Of a DNA stretch of 64,000 nt, positions 20,687 to 30,043 are shown in pieces; within the stretch, counting starts at the first letter, position 1; each line of letters starts with the position of its first letter. This DNA comes from Candidatus Poribacteria bacterium. Its GTDB lineage: Bacteria > Poribacteria > WGA-4E > WGA-3G. The notes under the pieces were generated by a model. It was not told where the DNA came from. It worked only from the letters and a program-made list of their open reading frames with translations, and ran no database searches. The DNA is taken from contig CAXXLX010000001.1 in assembly GCA_963665235.2 (NCBI GenBank), positions 3,072,001 through 3,136,000 of the forward strand, written 5' to 3'. A program made the translations under genes and the position numbers.

Positions 20687-21757
20687 TTAGCGGCCGCCGA
20701 TAAATGCCTCTAATTTCTCCTTCGCATCCGCATCAGAATATTGGACAGGGGGCGATTTCATAAAGTAGGCGCTTGGACCGTAAAGAGCACCACCTATACC
20801 TCTATCTATAGCTAATTTACAACAACGGATTGCGTCTATGGCAACACCTGCGGAATTTGGAGAATCCCAGACCTCTAATTTTAACTCAACCCGCACGGGC
20901 ACATCGCCAAATTCGGTGCCATCAAGATAGAGATAACACCATTTTCTATCATCTAGGAACGGAACGTAATCGCTCGGGCCGATATAGACATTTTTCGGTG
21001 CAACTTCGTGGTTGAGCTGCGAGACAACGGCATCGGTTTTTGAAATCCGTTTCGATTCAAGCCGTTCTTTCTCCAGCATATTTTTGAAGTCCATATTTCC
21101 GCCGACGTTCAGCTGCGAGGTGCTTCCAAGTTTTAACCCACGGTCGCTCATCAACTTCGCCAATGCGCGGTGAACGATTGTTGCCCCGAATTGGGCTTTG
21201 ATATCATCACCAACAATTGGTAAACCTGCCGCTTCAAATTTCGCACGCCACTGCTCATTTTTTGCGATGAAAACTGGCATGCAATTGACAACCGCACAGC
21301 CCGCATTCAACGCCGCTGTAATATACCATTTCGTCGCCTCTTCGCTACCGACAGGCAGATAGTTGATAAGAATATCCACCTCATTTTCCTGTAAGACTTC
21401 AGCAACATCTACCACATCCGCAGTCGATTCTTGCACCGTTTCGTGATAGTATTTCGCAAACCCATCCATTGTCGGGCCCCGCTGAACCGTTACGCCTGTC
21501 TCTGGAACGTCTGAAAACTTAATGGTGTTATTCGGTTCACACCAAATCGCTTCAGCCACATCACGGCCCACTTTGCTGCTATCCACATCGAATGCAGCAG
21601 CGACTGTAATATCACTTAGATGATAGGGGCCAATTTTCACGTTCATCAGTCCCGGAACGAATTCGTCCTCTTCCGCTTTTTGATAATAATGGATACCTTG
21701 AATCAGCGAGGAGGCACAATTTCCGACTCCGACAATCGCGATACGAATCTCTGACAT
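20687..21757 (-). CDS. ino1: Inositol-3-phosphate synthase
   Basis: [55 protein letters not shown]. Confidence 0.95.
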   Translation of the reverse strand: MSEIRIAIVGVGNCASSLIQGIHYYQKAEEDEFVPGLMNVKIGPYHLSDITVAAAFDVDSSKVGRDVAEAIWCEPNNTIKFSDVPETGVTVQRGPTMDGFAKYYHETVQESTADVVDVAEVLQENEVDILINYLPVGSEEATKWYITAALNAGCAVVNCMPVFIAKNEQWRAKFEAAGLPIVGDDIKAQFGATIVHRALAKLMSDRGLKLGSTSQLNVGGNMDFKNMLEKERLESKRISKTDAVVSQLNHEVAPKNVYIGPSDYVPFLDDRKWCYLYLDGTEFGDVPVRVELKLEVWDSPNSAGVAIDAIRCCKLAIDRGIGGALYGPSAYFMKSPPVQYSDADAKEKLEAFIGGR

Positions 21758-22017
21758 AACTCTCTCCTATTTCTTTATAGAATGAAAAATAAATTACTCC
21801 AGTCCACCATTTTTGGCAAGGTGTTTCGTTCTCTTTTCGTAGTATTTCGGTTAAATGTTGACATCGTAGGAGCGGATAAAAAACTTTCCGGAACGTGCTC
21901 CTAAAACCGTCTCTTAACAGGGTAATACTTTTTGGGGAAAAAGTCAAATTAAAAATGTGTATGAGTCAGGACTATTTAGAAAACACGACTATCCCACGAC
22001 CTAGCCCCACAAACGTG

Positions 22018-23082
22018 TCACGACAACGGCAATGAAATCGGCGCGCCGATTTGGGAGGAACGATATGTCGCCTCTGCTAATTCAATACCATCTCTGCCGA
22101 TGCGGCCGTGAGTTGTCGGCTGCGCTTCACCGGCGATACAGGCAAGCCAATGGTCAATGCTTGCCCCTTTCGCTGCGACACCCCAATAACGTTGACTCCG
22201 CTGCGATTCTGGCAGAGTGCGGTAGGTGTCATCGTTCGGAACTGTGGCACTGAACTCTTCTGGAGCTGCCATATCGTGAGTTTTCCAACGCACGCCATGT
22301 CGAATCAACGTTGCGGAGCCTTTGCTAGTCACGAGACCGTTCCCGCTATTCCCGATTTCCGCGGCCCAACTCTTAATCATCATGCCGACACCCCCGTTTT
22401 TGAAATGCACGGTCAGCACAGCGTTGTTCTCCACTGCCTCATCAGCAGGCGGGTAGGTCCCCCCAAGCGGCACATGGCTCGTGAAACCGTAGACACTCGT
22501 AGCAGGCCCATAGAGCCATAACCACAAATCGAGGTTGTGAATAGCTTGCTCCACTAACATGCCCCCGGATTCAGCTTTGACAAAAAGCCACGGATGCCGT
22601 TCCGGTGAAAACCAACCCACCTGATTGGAATACGCCATCTGTAGTGTACCAAGTGTCCCATCGTCTAATAGCGATTTCAATTTCATGTAACCCGGGTCAA
22701 ACCGCATCATATAGGCTACCATCAGGAGAACACCTGCATCTTCAGCAGCAGCTACCATTGCATCACCCTCGGTGACGTTGCAACACATCGGTTTTTCCAT
22801 CAAGATATGTTTACCCGCCCCAGCGGCGGCAAGGGTGATTTCAAGGTGCGGCCGCGGATGGACACACACGTCGACTGCGTCTATATCTTTTCTGTCAAGA
22901 AGGGCACGGTAATCCGTGTATGCGTCTGCACTAAACCGCTCAGCCTGTTCGTTTGCGGATGCCGCGTTGATGTCAGCGATTGCGACAATGTCAGCGCGAC
23001 GGGTCGGTTCAAAGTAATACGGGGCATGGAGGTTGCGAAAAATGCCCCCACTGCCGATAATACCGACTCTAATCTTATCCAT
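22018..23082 (-). CDS. Gfo/Idh/MocA oxidoreductase
   Basis: GIIGSGG, AGKHILMEKP, GGMLVEQAIHNLD. Confidence 0.9.
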   Translation of the reverse strand: MDKIRVGIIGSGGIFRNLHAPYYFEPTRRADIVAIADINAASANEQAERFSADAYTDYRALLDRKDIDAVDVCVHPRPHLEITLAAAGAGKHILMEKPMCCNVTEGDAMVAAAEDAGVLLMVAYMMRFDPGYMKLKSLLDDGTLGTLQMAYSNQVGWFSPERHPWLFVKAESGGMLVEQAIHNLDLWLWLYGPATSVYGFTSHVPLGGTYPPADEAVENNAVLTVHFKNGGVGMMIKSWAAEIGNSGNGLVTSKGSATLIRHGVRWKTHDMAAPEEFSATVPNDDTYRTLPESQRSQRYWGVAAKGASIDHWLACIAGEAQPTTHGRIGRDGIELAEATYRSSQIGAPISLPLS

Positions 23083-23141
23083 ACATTTCCTCCCTGTCGT
23101 TGTTCGTAGTAGGGAAACCATTTATTGCCCGTTCCCCCCGC

Positions 23142-23852
23142 CTAATGTCCATCCCTGACATTAAGAATAGGGGGTTTCCTTGTATCCTCTAAAAGCGCGA
23201 GTGCCTCCAATATAATCGCATGTTGCAATGCTGGATTGTTCGGCTCCCCAAGAGGGTAACCGAAACGATACGGAACCGCTAACGCACGCGGCGGCTTAAC
23301 CCGCTTTGTAATGCTTTCATCAAGCGTTATAGAAACAGTCGAGACTCCCGCCGATTCAACGGCGCGTTGTATCAATCCTACTGACTGATTGCACATCGGT
23401 CATACAGGCGTTAAAAATGCTACATCAACACCATCCGCTTTGAGCTTCTGTCCTACCTCCGGTGCAGTTTTTTCAATAAGCCGTTTCGGTTTTGTAATTG
23501 AGCCCATGAAACTGAAGTGTCTATCGTTGAGTGAACCGATTTTACCTTCTGTCTCTAGCTCCCTGAATCTATCAAGTGGGAACGCAAGGTTTACATCAGT
23601 TTCGATACCGCGTTCATCATAAGCCGCACTTTTATGTCCGTTTATAAGTGTTTGAGTCTGAATGGAATTTGGAATTTCGCGGTATGAACAATCACCGCCA
23701 TTATAAGGCTTCTGTTCTCGAAGATGTAATCCAGCCGTTGTAATTAGCGCGACACGGCATCGGCTTAATTCCTTTTGCAAAGGTGTGTTAGGCGTTGTAC
23801 TATAAGACCTGATTGGGTATGCCTGCATAAAGAATCGGTATAAATTGTCCAA
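23142..23852 (-). CDS. PrdB/GrdB-like selenoprotein (in-frame UGA read as Sec at 23400-23402; 236 aa)
   Basis: Two in-frame ORFs join as ...DVAFLTPV-UGA-PMCNQSVGL... (UxxC). Family motifs VALITTAG, DVNLAFPLDR, KPPRAL, FGYPLGEP. SECIS-like hairpin right after the UGA. Confidence 0.9.
23371..23389 (-). promoter_or_regulatory. Bacterial SECIS-like stem-loop
   Basis: AUCAGUC-AGUAG-GAUUGAU: a 7-bp stem, GU in the apical loop, loop starting 17 nt after the UGA. Confidence 0.7.
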
Positions 23853-23864
23853 TTTGAAAATGTC

Positions 23865-24890
23865 CTACCCGTTCGCAAAGATAAGCCGTTCCCTGTTTTG
23901 GCAGGGGAGTTGTATCGTCTGCCCGGTAATACTGCTTTCAATAGCAGCAAATCCGATTTCGTTCACAGCGGTGTAGTCATCGCGAGCACAGTGGGGAAGC
24001 GGCCCGCCATCAAGATAATCTGTAATCTGTTTATACGCAATTTTGAACGGACTGGCGTTTTCAGGTAAATCGAGCGTTGCGTTATCTATCAACTTACCCT
24101 CCTTATGCACCGTTGCGCCGCTATAAAATCCGGTTTGGACTGTGCCTTCACTGCCGATGACATCCACAGAAAATGCCCCTCGGACCCCATGTTTTCCGAC
24201 ATGGCAACCGATAACACCGCTTTCATATTGGATAGTTGCCCCGACAATTGCAGGTTCAGGTTCGTAAGGTGTCGGAACATCACCACCCCCTTCAACAAAC
24301 CCTGTTACCGCGCTTGGGTCGTAACCGGCGAACTGGCAAATCATATCCGTTGTGTGGATAGCAAAAGAGAGCACACCGCCGCCACAATAACCGATGACGG
24401 TTTGTACCTCACCGATGAGGCCATCCTTGATAAGGGATTGGAGCCGTATCAGATGCGGCCCCCAGTGCCGTGTGTAATCCACGATGATTGGGATGCCCTT
24501 TGCGTCAGCCCCCGCTGTCATTGTGTCTACCTCTTCGAGGGAACATCCAGCTGGTTTTTCGAGAAAAATGGCTTTAATGTCCGCCTTCAAGACGTTCTGC
24601 GTCACCGCGAAATGGTGAGGGCCCCGCACACAGACAGCGACAATGTCCAACTTTTCACTTTCGAGCATCTGTGTGTCTGTTTCATAGTAATTGATGGAGT
24701 TGTCAGGAAAACCGGGCCCCCATGTTTTTTTAAAGTCTGCTTGGCGTTCAGCAGACATATCGGCAACTGCCACTAATTCGGTTGTCTCACAAAAACGGAT
24801 GCCACCTGTGTGGCAATACGGATAAGCGTCATCTGGCGTTGAATAACGGGAGGCAATACTGCCTAACCCAATAATACCGACACGATACAT
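23865..24890 (-). CDS. Gfo/Idh/MocA oxidoreductase
   Basis: VGIIGLG, IFLEKP, AIHTTD. Confidence 0.88.
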   Translation of the reverse strand: MYRVGIIGLGSIASRYSTPDDAYPYCHTGGIRFCETTELVAVADMSAERQADFKKTWGPGFPDNSINYYETDTQMLESEKLDIVAVCVRGPHHFAVTQNVLKADIKAIFLEKPAGCSLEEVDTMTAGADAKGIPIIVDYTRHWGPHLIRLQSLIKDGLIGEVQTVIGYCGGGVLSFAIHTTDMICQFAGYDPSAVTGFVEGGGDVPTPYEPEPAIVGATIQYESGVIGCHVGKHGVRGAFSVDVIGSEGTVQTGFYSGATVHKEGKLIDNATLDLPENASPFKIAYKQITDYLDGGPLPHCARDDYTAVNEIGFAAIESSITGQTIQLPCQNRERLIFANG

Positions 24891-24922
24891 AAGAATTGCT
24901 CCTTTGTTTGAGGGGTGTAACG

Positions 24923-26059
24923 TTACGCCTCTTCAATCGCTTCAACATTCGCACGCGGTAAGATAATTTTCAGGTCGTCCTCAAGTTCAACCTGCAACAC
25001 CCGTACCTGTGCTTCTGTCTCCAATTTCTGAAGAGGTACAGGCAGCTCGGTGACACGTCCCAGTTTTCCGAAATAGGGTTCACGAATAATTCGGACTGCG
25101 CTGCCGACCTCCAAAACGCCTTCGGTTGTCCTAGCGGACGTATCAGCTTCTGTCTCTAAAGTTTCCTGTGTGAGCGGAATAAGAATTTCTGGTCTGACAA
25201 CGCCAGCGCGAATCTGTGTAGCTCCATTGATGGAGGTCTTCATGCCTTCCCGTGCTTTTAGCAGTTCGAAGGTACGTTCGGCCATGGAGATACTCCCGAA
25301 CCCTTCGGTGATTACTAGAGTAATGCCGATGTTTTCGGAACCTGTAATAGCAACACCGAGCTCGTACCCTAAAAATTCCCGCAGGTCAGCATCATCAATA
25401 CCGCCGGCAATGATACCTTTGACACCGTGCTGAATTGCCTTCTGAATCGCCTCTGTTGTGACGAGAGCCCCGCCAACAAGGATTTTATCCCGGTGTTCCT
25501 CCGATATTTGGGCTTCAGTCAACCTATCACTGGCAGTTTCTACTACCACAACTAAGGGACCAATCTTTTCATTGCCGACACCAAAAATGCCTTGGATGTA
25601 AGTTCCATAAGTCTCAACGATGACACCTTCATCCGGCACCGTTTCGAGCACCTTTCCATCTATATATGCCTTCACTTCGACCGGAATTGGCGGTTCGCGA
25701 AGGATAACCTGCCCCGTAACATCGGATACCGTTTCAATTGTGCCATCAATCGGTGAACGTGCTTGAGATTTGAAAAGCCCAAAAAGTCCTTTAGTTGTGG
25801 CAATAATTTCATCTTTGGCGACAGTTTCGCCTACAGGTTTGAGCATGTATTCCGCGATTTCGTTCGGCGGTATACTGAGCAGATTAGCAACGTTTAGCAG
25901 TTGCACGTTGCCTGGCAGGTCCGCCTTTGCAACGACATCTTCCGCCGCAACCGTGTTCCCGACCTGGACGAGGACCTCACCTTCAAGAGGAAGCATCCGT
26001 TTTTTGTCAATCGTCATCCCCTCGGTGACCTTCAGTCCTGGGGTATATGCATGTGCCAT
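24923..26059 (-). CDS. Conserved hypothetical protein with barrel-sandwich-hybrid-like repeats and a C-terminal KOW/SH3-like segment
   Basis: MAHAYTPGL, GEVLVQVG, SPIDGTI, IQGIFGVG, TEGFG, GATQIRAGVVRPE, VRIIREPYFGKLGRV. Confidence 0.7.
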   Translation of the reverse strand: MAHAYTPGLKVTEGMTIDKKRMLPLEGEVLVQVGNTVAAEDVVAKADLPGNVQLLNVANLLSIPPNEIAEYMLKPVGETVAKDEIIATTKGLFGLFKSQARSPIDGTIETVSDVTGQVILREPPIPVEVKAYIDGKVLETVPDEGVIVETYGTYIQGIFGVGNEKIGPLVVVVETASDRLTEAQISEEHRDKILVGGALVTTEAIQKAIQHGVKGIIAGGIDDADLREFLGYELGVAITGSENIGITLVITEGFGSISMAERTFELLKAREGMKTSINGATQIRAGVVRPEILIPLTQETLETEADTSARTTEGVLEVGSAVRIIREPYFGKLGRVTELPVPLQKLETEAQVRVLQVELEDDLKIILPRANVEAIEEA

Positions 26060-26302
26060 TAACTGACCTCAATTTTTATGGTGAAAAGGTTTAAAACCTC
26101 TGAAAAAGACCTATTCATCAAGCACTTGTAAGAAAGCGGTGAAATTAGACACCGAGACCGCAAGCGTGTGCAGCTGGGTGATGTGTGTAACAACAGGGTC
26201 AAATTGTCGCATAAATAGTATACCTCTATCTTTCTAAAAAGTCAACTGTTTTTCAAATCTCACAAAAATTGTCTACAGTTTAGTTTAGTAATTGTTAAGC
26301 AC

Positions 26303-26331
26303 TTGATATTTTCTCAGAATTCGGGTATAAT
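26303..26331 (+). promoter_or_regulatory. sigma70-like promoter
   Basis: TTGATA-17-TATAAT upstream of the MITE and ORF 26745. Confidence 0.65.
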
Positions 26332-26334
26332 AAA

Positions 26335-26711
26335 ACGTGAGTTTGAAAAAAAGTTTCTTTAGTCCCGTAGGGACGATATATTTATAGAAGCAGCGGTTTC
26401 CGCCCCAGCGGTTTCCGCCCCACTCTTAGTCCCAGTATTCGGGCAAATAGCCCGTTCCTCAAGGACGATATGTTTATAGAAACGTGAGTTTGAAAAAAAG
26501 TTTCTTTAGTCCCGTAGGGACGGGACGATATGTTTATAGAAACGTGAGTTTGAAAAAAAAGTTTCTTTAGTCCCGTAGGGACGATATATTTATAGAAGCA
26601 GCGGTTTCCGCCCCACCTCTTAGTCCCAGTATTCGGGCAAACAGCCCGTTCCTCAAGGACGATATGTTTATAGAGGTTAGTGAAAACGGACATTTATTAT
26701 CAAACTCACGT
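26335..26711 (+). mobile_element. MITE family A with REP cargo
   Basis: TIR ACGTGAGTTTGA...TCAAACTCACGT and flanking direct repeat TAATAAA. Contains GTCCCgtaGGGAC hairpins and internal re-duplications of the left end. Confidence 0.8.
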
Positions 26712-26744
26712 TAATAAAACAAACATCTAATAAGGAGCACGAAG

Positions 26745-27206
26745 ATGAAAGTGCAAATAATATTCAGTACATTGATATGTCTTCTCTGCTGTGTGCCAGC
26801 TTTTGGCGACTTGACCGTTGACGATTTAGGGAAAATCAACACGATGCTCAGAGAATCTGAAAAACGCATGCAGGAATTTGTCGCCAGAGAAACAAAGCAC
26901 ATACGAGAATTCGTCGCCAAGGAAACAAAGCACACGCGAGAATCCGTCGCCTTAGAAATAGCACCCGTCACGACTAAAATTGACGAGGTAAACAAACGGT
27001 TGGATATTGCCTTTATGCTAATCATTGCACTGATGGCATTAATTGGCGTTGTCATCGGAATTCCACAGATTATCGTTGCGATACAGAGCAGAAAGGAACG
27101 CTTACAAGATAAAAAGATTGCTGAACAAGATGAAAAGATTGCAGAACAGGAACAGCAACTTGAAGCTATGCGGGCAGAATTAGAAGCAATCAAACAGCAC
27201 TTGTAA
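26745..27206 (+). CDS. Small signal peptide / coiled coil / TM / coiled coil protein
   Basis: AAGGAG RBS, signal peptide ending PAFG, LTVDDL, TM ending IGIPQ. Paralogue of 34862-35458. Confidence 0.8.
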   Translation: MKVQIIFSTLICLLCCVPAFGDLTVDDLGKINTMLRESEKRMQEFVARETKHIREFVAKETKHTRESVALEIAPVTTKIDEVNKRLDIAFMLIIALMALIGVVIGIPQIIVAIQSRKERLQDKKIAEQDEKIAEQEQQLEAMRAELEAIKQHL

Positions 27207-27257
27207 TAGGTGTCAACTTAAGAAATCAGCATCAGGTAGCTATTTCGGGGCTGCGGT

Positions 27258-28286
27258 TTATCCTTGTGCTAATTTCTGCTGGAATTTCAGGCTATCTATA
27301 ACCTCTCGGTTTACGATCCACAACGGTATTTTTCCAGAAGCCACGCTAATGATACTCTCACATGCACTTCTACCGTTTCCTTCGAAACACTCATCAGTCC
27401 AGCAAATACTATGCGGTGTAACGATAACGTTATCTAGTGTCAAGAGCGGCTCATCGTTGCGAATCGGCTCCTGCTCAAACACATCAAGGCCTGCCCCCCG
27501 AATTTGTCGGTTTTGGAGGGCAGTTGTGAGGGCCTTCTGATCGACAATTGGACCGCGTGCGGTGTTAATCAGGTAAGCTGTCCGTTTCATGAGTCCGATG
27601 CGTTTCGCATCTATAAGTCCTCGCGTCTCTTCGGTTAGCGGGCAGCACACACAAACAAAATCAGCCGTTTTCATCAAGGTTTCCAGGTCAACCTGTTCCA
27701 CGTCAAGCTCAGCTGCATCAGCCGGTGTAATGTATGGGTCAAAGGTGATATGGCGCATTCCGAAGGGTTTGGCGAGTTTAAACACCTCTTTTCCGATGTT
27801 GCCCATACCGACGAGTCCAAGCGTTCTCCCGACCAATCCCATACCCATATAGTCGTTTTTATCCTCCCATCTACCCGTACGCGTCAGTTTATCTTTTATC
27901 AACAATTGATGGCTCAGAGATAAGACGAAAGTCAGGATAGAGGTAGCAACCGGTCTACGAACGCCGTCGGGTGCAATCGTCAGGAGCACCCCATTTTCAG
28001 TGCAAGCTGGCACGTCCACCTTATCGTACCCGACCCCGAATCTAGCAATGATAACCAACTTGTCCGCTCCAGTGAGTGTTTCCGCCGTAATGCCTGTTCC
28101 TAACACAAGGAGCGCGTTGTAATCTTGCACCTGTTGTGCGGTTAATTCAGGTGTATCTTCCGCAATATATTCCCAGTCCAGCCCCGCTTCATCAAACATC
28201 GGCCCGGCTATCGGTTCTAAATCGGAGGTGCCATCCGGTTTCAGAAAGTCCCGCGTGATACCCACGCGAAATACAGATTTATCCAT
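27258..28286 (-). CDS. D-isomer-specific 2-hydroxyacid dehydrogenase
   Basis: RFGVGYD, GLVGMGNIG, INTARG, GLDVFEQEP, VTPH. Confidence 0.92.
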   Translation of the reverse strand: MDKSVFRVGITRDFLKPDGTSDLEPIAGPMFDEAGLDWEYIAEDTPELTAQQVQDYNALLVLGTGITAETLTGADKLVIIARFGVGYDKVDVPACTENGVLLTIAPDGVRRPVATSILTFVLSLSHQLLIKDKLTRTGRWEDKNDYMGMGLVGRTLGLVGMGNIGKEVFKLAKPFGMRHITFDPYITPADAAELDVEQVDLETLMKTADFVCVCCPLTEETRGLIDAKRIGLMKRTAYLINTARGPIVDQKALTTALQNRQIRGAGLDVFEQEPIRNDEPLLTLDNVIVTPHSICWTDECFEGNGRSACESIISVASGKIPLWIVNREVIDSLKFQQKLAQG

Positions 28287-28320
28287 TTGTTACTCCATTT
28301 CAAATTCACATACACGTTGT

Positions 28321-30042
28321 CTACTCCGGTGTAAGCGACACGTGGCGGAGATATTTCCATCCGACCGGTGCAAGTTTCAGGTTCTGCACCCTTCTATTGA
28401 CAACCAACAACCGTTGTGCGTGTGCCAATGGCACCCACGGTACATCTCTATGGAAGATTGCCTGTGCTTGCTGATAGAGTTCGATGCGTTCGTTCCGATT
28501 GCTGCTCATTCTGGCGCGTTCCAACACATCCTGCATTTCATCGCTTCGGTAAAACGCCAAATTCAGTGCGGGTTTCTGCGCAGTAGTTTTGCTCAAAAGA
28601 TAATAGAAAAAATTATCCGGGTCACCCCCAGCACTCCACCCTATCATTACTATATCGTGTTCACCATTTTCTATCTTCTCAATATAGGTTGCCCAGTCAT
28701 AAGTTACAATTCTTGCTGTAATACCGACGTTTTGAAGGTCGGATTGTAGCATTTCCGCAAGTGCGTTCCCATCTGGAATATAGGGACGCGGGACTGGCAA
28801 TGCCCAGAGCGTTGTTTCAAACCCATCAGGATAGCCAGCTTCCGCAAGCAGTTGTCTTGCAAGTTCCGGGTCGTAGGCGTAGTCCTCAATAGTATCGTCA
28901 TAACTCCAGAGCGTGGGCGGAATTGGTCCCTTCGCGGGAATCCCTAATCCTTGGTATAAGTGTTCAACAATTTCAATTTTGTTAATAGCATAATTCATAG
29001 CGAGCCGCACCTTAGGATTGTCGAACGGGGGTTTCTCCATGTTCATCGCGAGATAACCAACATTTAACCCCGGTTGTCTCGCGAGTTCAAGCTGTGCATC
29101 GCTCTGAATCAGGGGTATATCATCAGGATTAGGAAATTCCATCACATGCAGGTCGCCTTGCTGGAGTGCCATAAGTCGTTCACCGTTATCAGGAATGGAA
29201 CGAAAGATAAGCCTATCTAACGCGGGTTTTCCTGTCCAATGCGCGTCGTTTGCGGTAAGGACAATTTTATCGTCTCTATCCCACTGTAGGAACTTGAAAG
29301 GGCCCGTGCCTACAGGGTTAGTCCCAAAGTTTTCGCCAAAATGCTCAATTGCTGCAGGGCTCACCATAGCAAATTGCGTTTGTGTCAACGCACTGATAAA
29401 AGGCGCGTACGGCGTTTCAAGCGTGATTTGAACCGTGAACGCATCTAGCGCAATAACCTGAGTGATAAGATAAACATTATTGGATAGCGCGATAGCTCTA
29501 TTCAGTGAGAAAACAGCTGCCGCCGCGTCAAACGGGGTGCCATCATGGAATTGGACACCTTGTCGCAAGTGAAAGGTCCACGTTAATCCATCGGCAGAGC
29601 TGTCCCATGCTACTGCTAGGGCGGGTTCGATATCGGTCGTATCTCCTCTATATTGGACAAGCGTATCGTAGATAAGCTCGCAGACTTTCGCTGATTCACC
29701 ATCAAGGATTCGCGGGGGGTCAAGCGTAATAGAATCGCCGCCGCGTCCAAAAATCAGGGTGCTGCTTGTAGGGGCAGGCTCCGATCCGCTGCGGCTTATA
29801 ATATTAGCAACAAGGACAAGATCCAGGATATTCACCGTCCCGTCTCCGTTGACATCGGGATTCGGCATCTGTGTTGGTTCGCTGCGTTCGCCAAAATGCG
29901 AAGCGACAAACGTCAAATCTAGGATATTCACGGTCCCATCTCCGTTGACATCCCCCCTAATGTTCATATCTTGTGCGCTACTTCCTATCAAAAGTAGGAG
30001 AAACCCACCGAGTCCTATTGTCGTGAAAGCCAGTTTCCTCAT
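28321..30042 (-). CDS. DppA-like ABC substrate-binding protein with N-terminal dockerin-like domain
   Basis: Two DVNGDGTVNILDL repeats, then family 5 motifs (FHDGTPF, PVGTGPF, PVPRPY). Confidence 0.9.
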   Translation of the reverse strand: MRKLAFTTIGLGGFLLLLIGSSAQDMNIRGDVNGDGTVNILDLTFVASHFGERSEPTQMPNPDVNGDGTVNILDLVLVANIISRSGSEPAPTSSTLIFGRGGDSITLDPPRILDGESAKVCELIYDTLVQYRGDTTDIEPALAVAWDSSADGLTWTFHLRQGVQFHDGTPFDAAAAVFSLNRAIALSNNVYLITQVIALDAFTVQITLETPYAPFISALTQTQFAMVSPAAIEHFGENFGTNPVGTGPFKFLQWDRDDKIVLTANDAHWTGKPALDRLIFRSIPDNGERLMALQQGDLHVMEFPNPDDIPLIQSDAQLELARQPGLNVGYLAMNMEKPPFDNPKVRLAMNYAINKIEIVEHLYQGLGIPAKGPIPPTLWSYDDTIEDYAYDPELARQLLAEAGYPDGFETTLWALPVPRPYIPDGNALAEMLQSDLQNVGITARIVTYDWATYIEKIENGEHDIVMIGWSAGGDPDNFFYYLLSKTTAQKPALNLAFYRSDEMQDVLERARMSSNRNERIELYQQAQAIFHRDVPWVPLAHAQRLLVVNRRVQNLKLAPVGWKYLRHVSLTPE

Positions 30043-30043
30043 A

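Noticed and set aside
26382-26693. Short ORFs within repeat arrays (also 19640-19934, 32215-32406, 37294-37614)
   Set aside because: They are translations of non-coding repeats.
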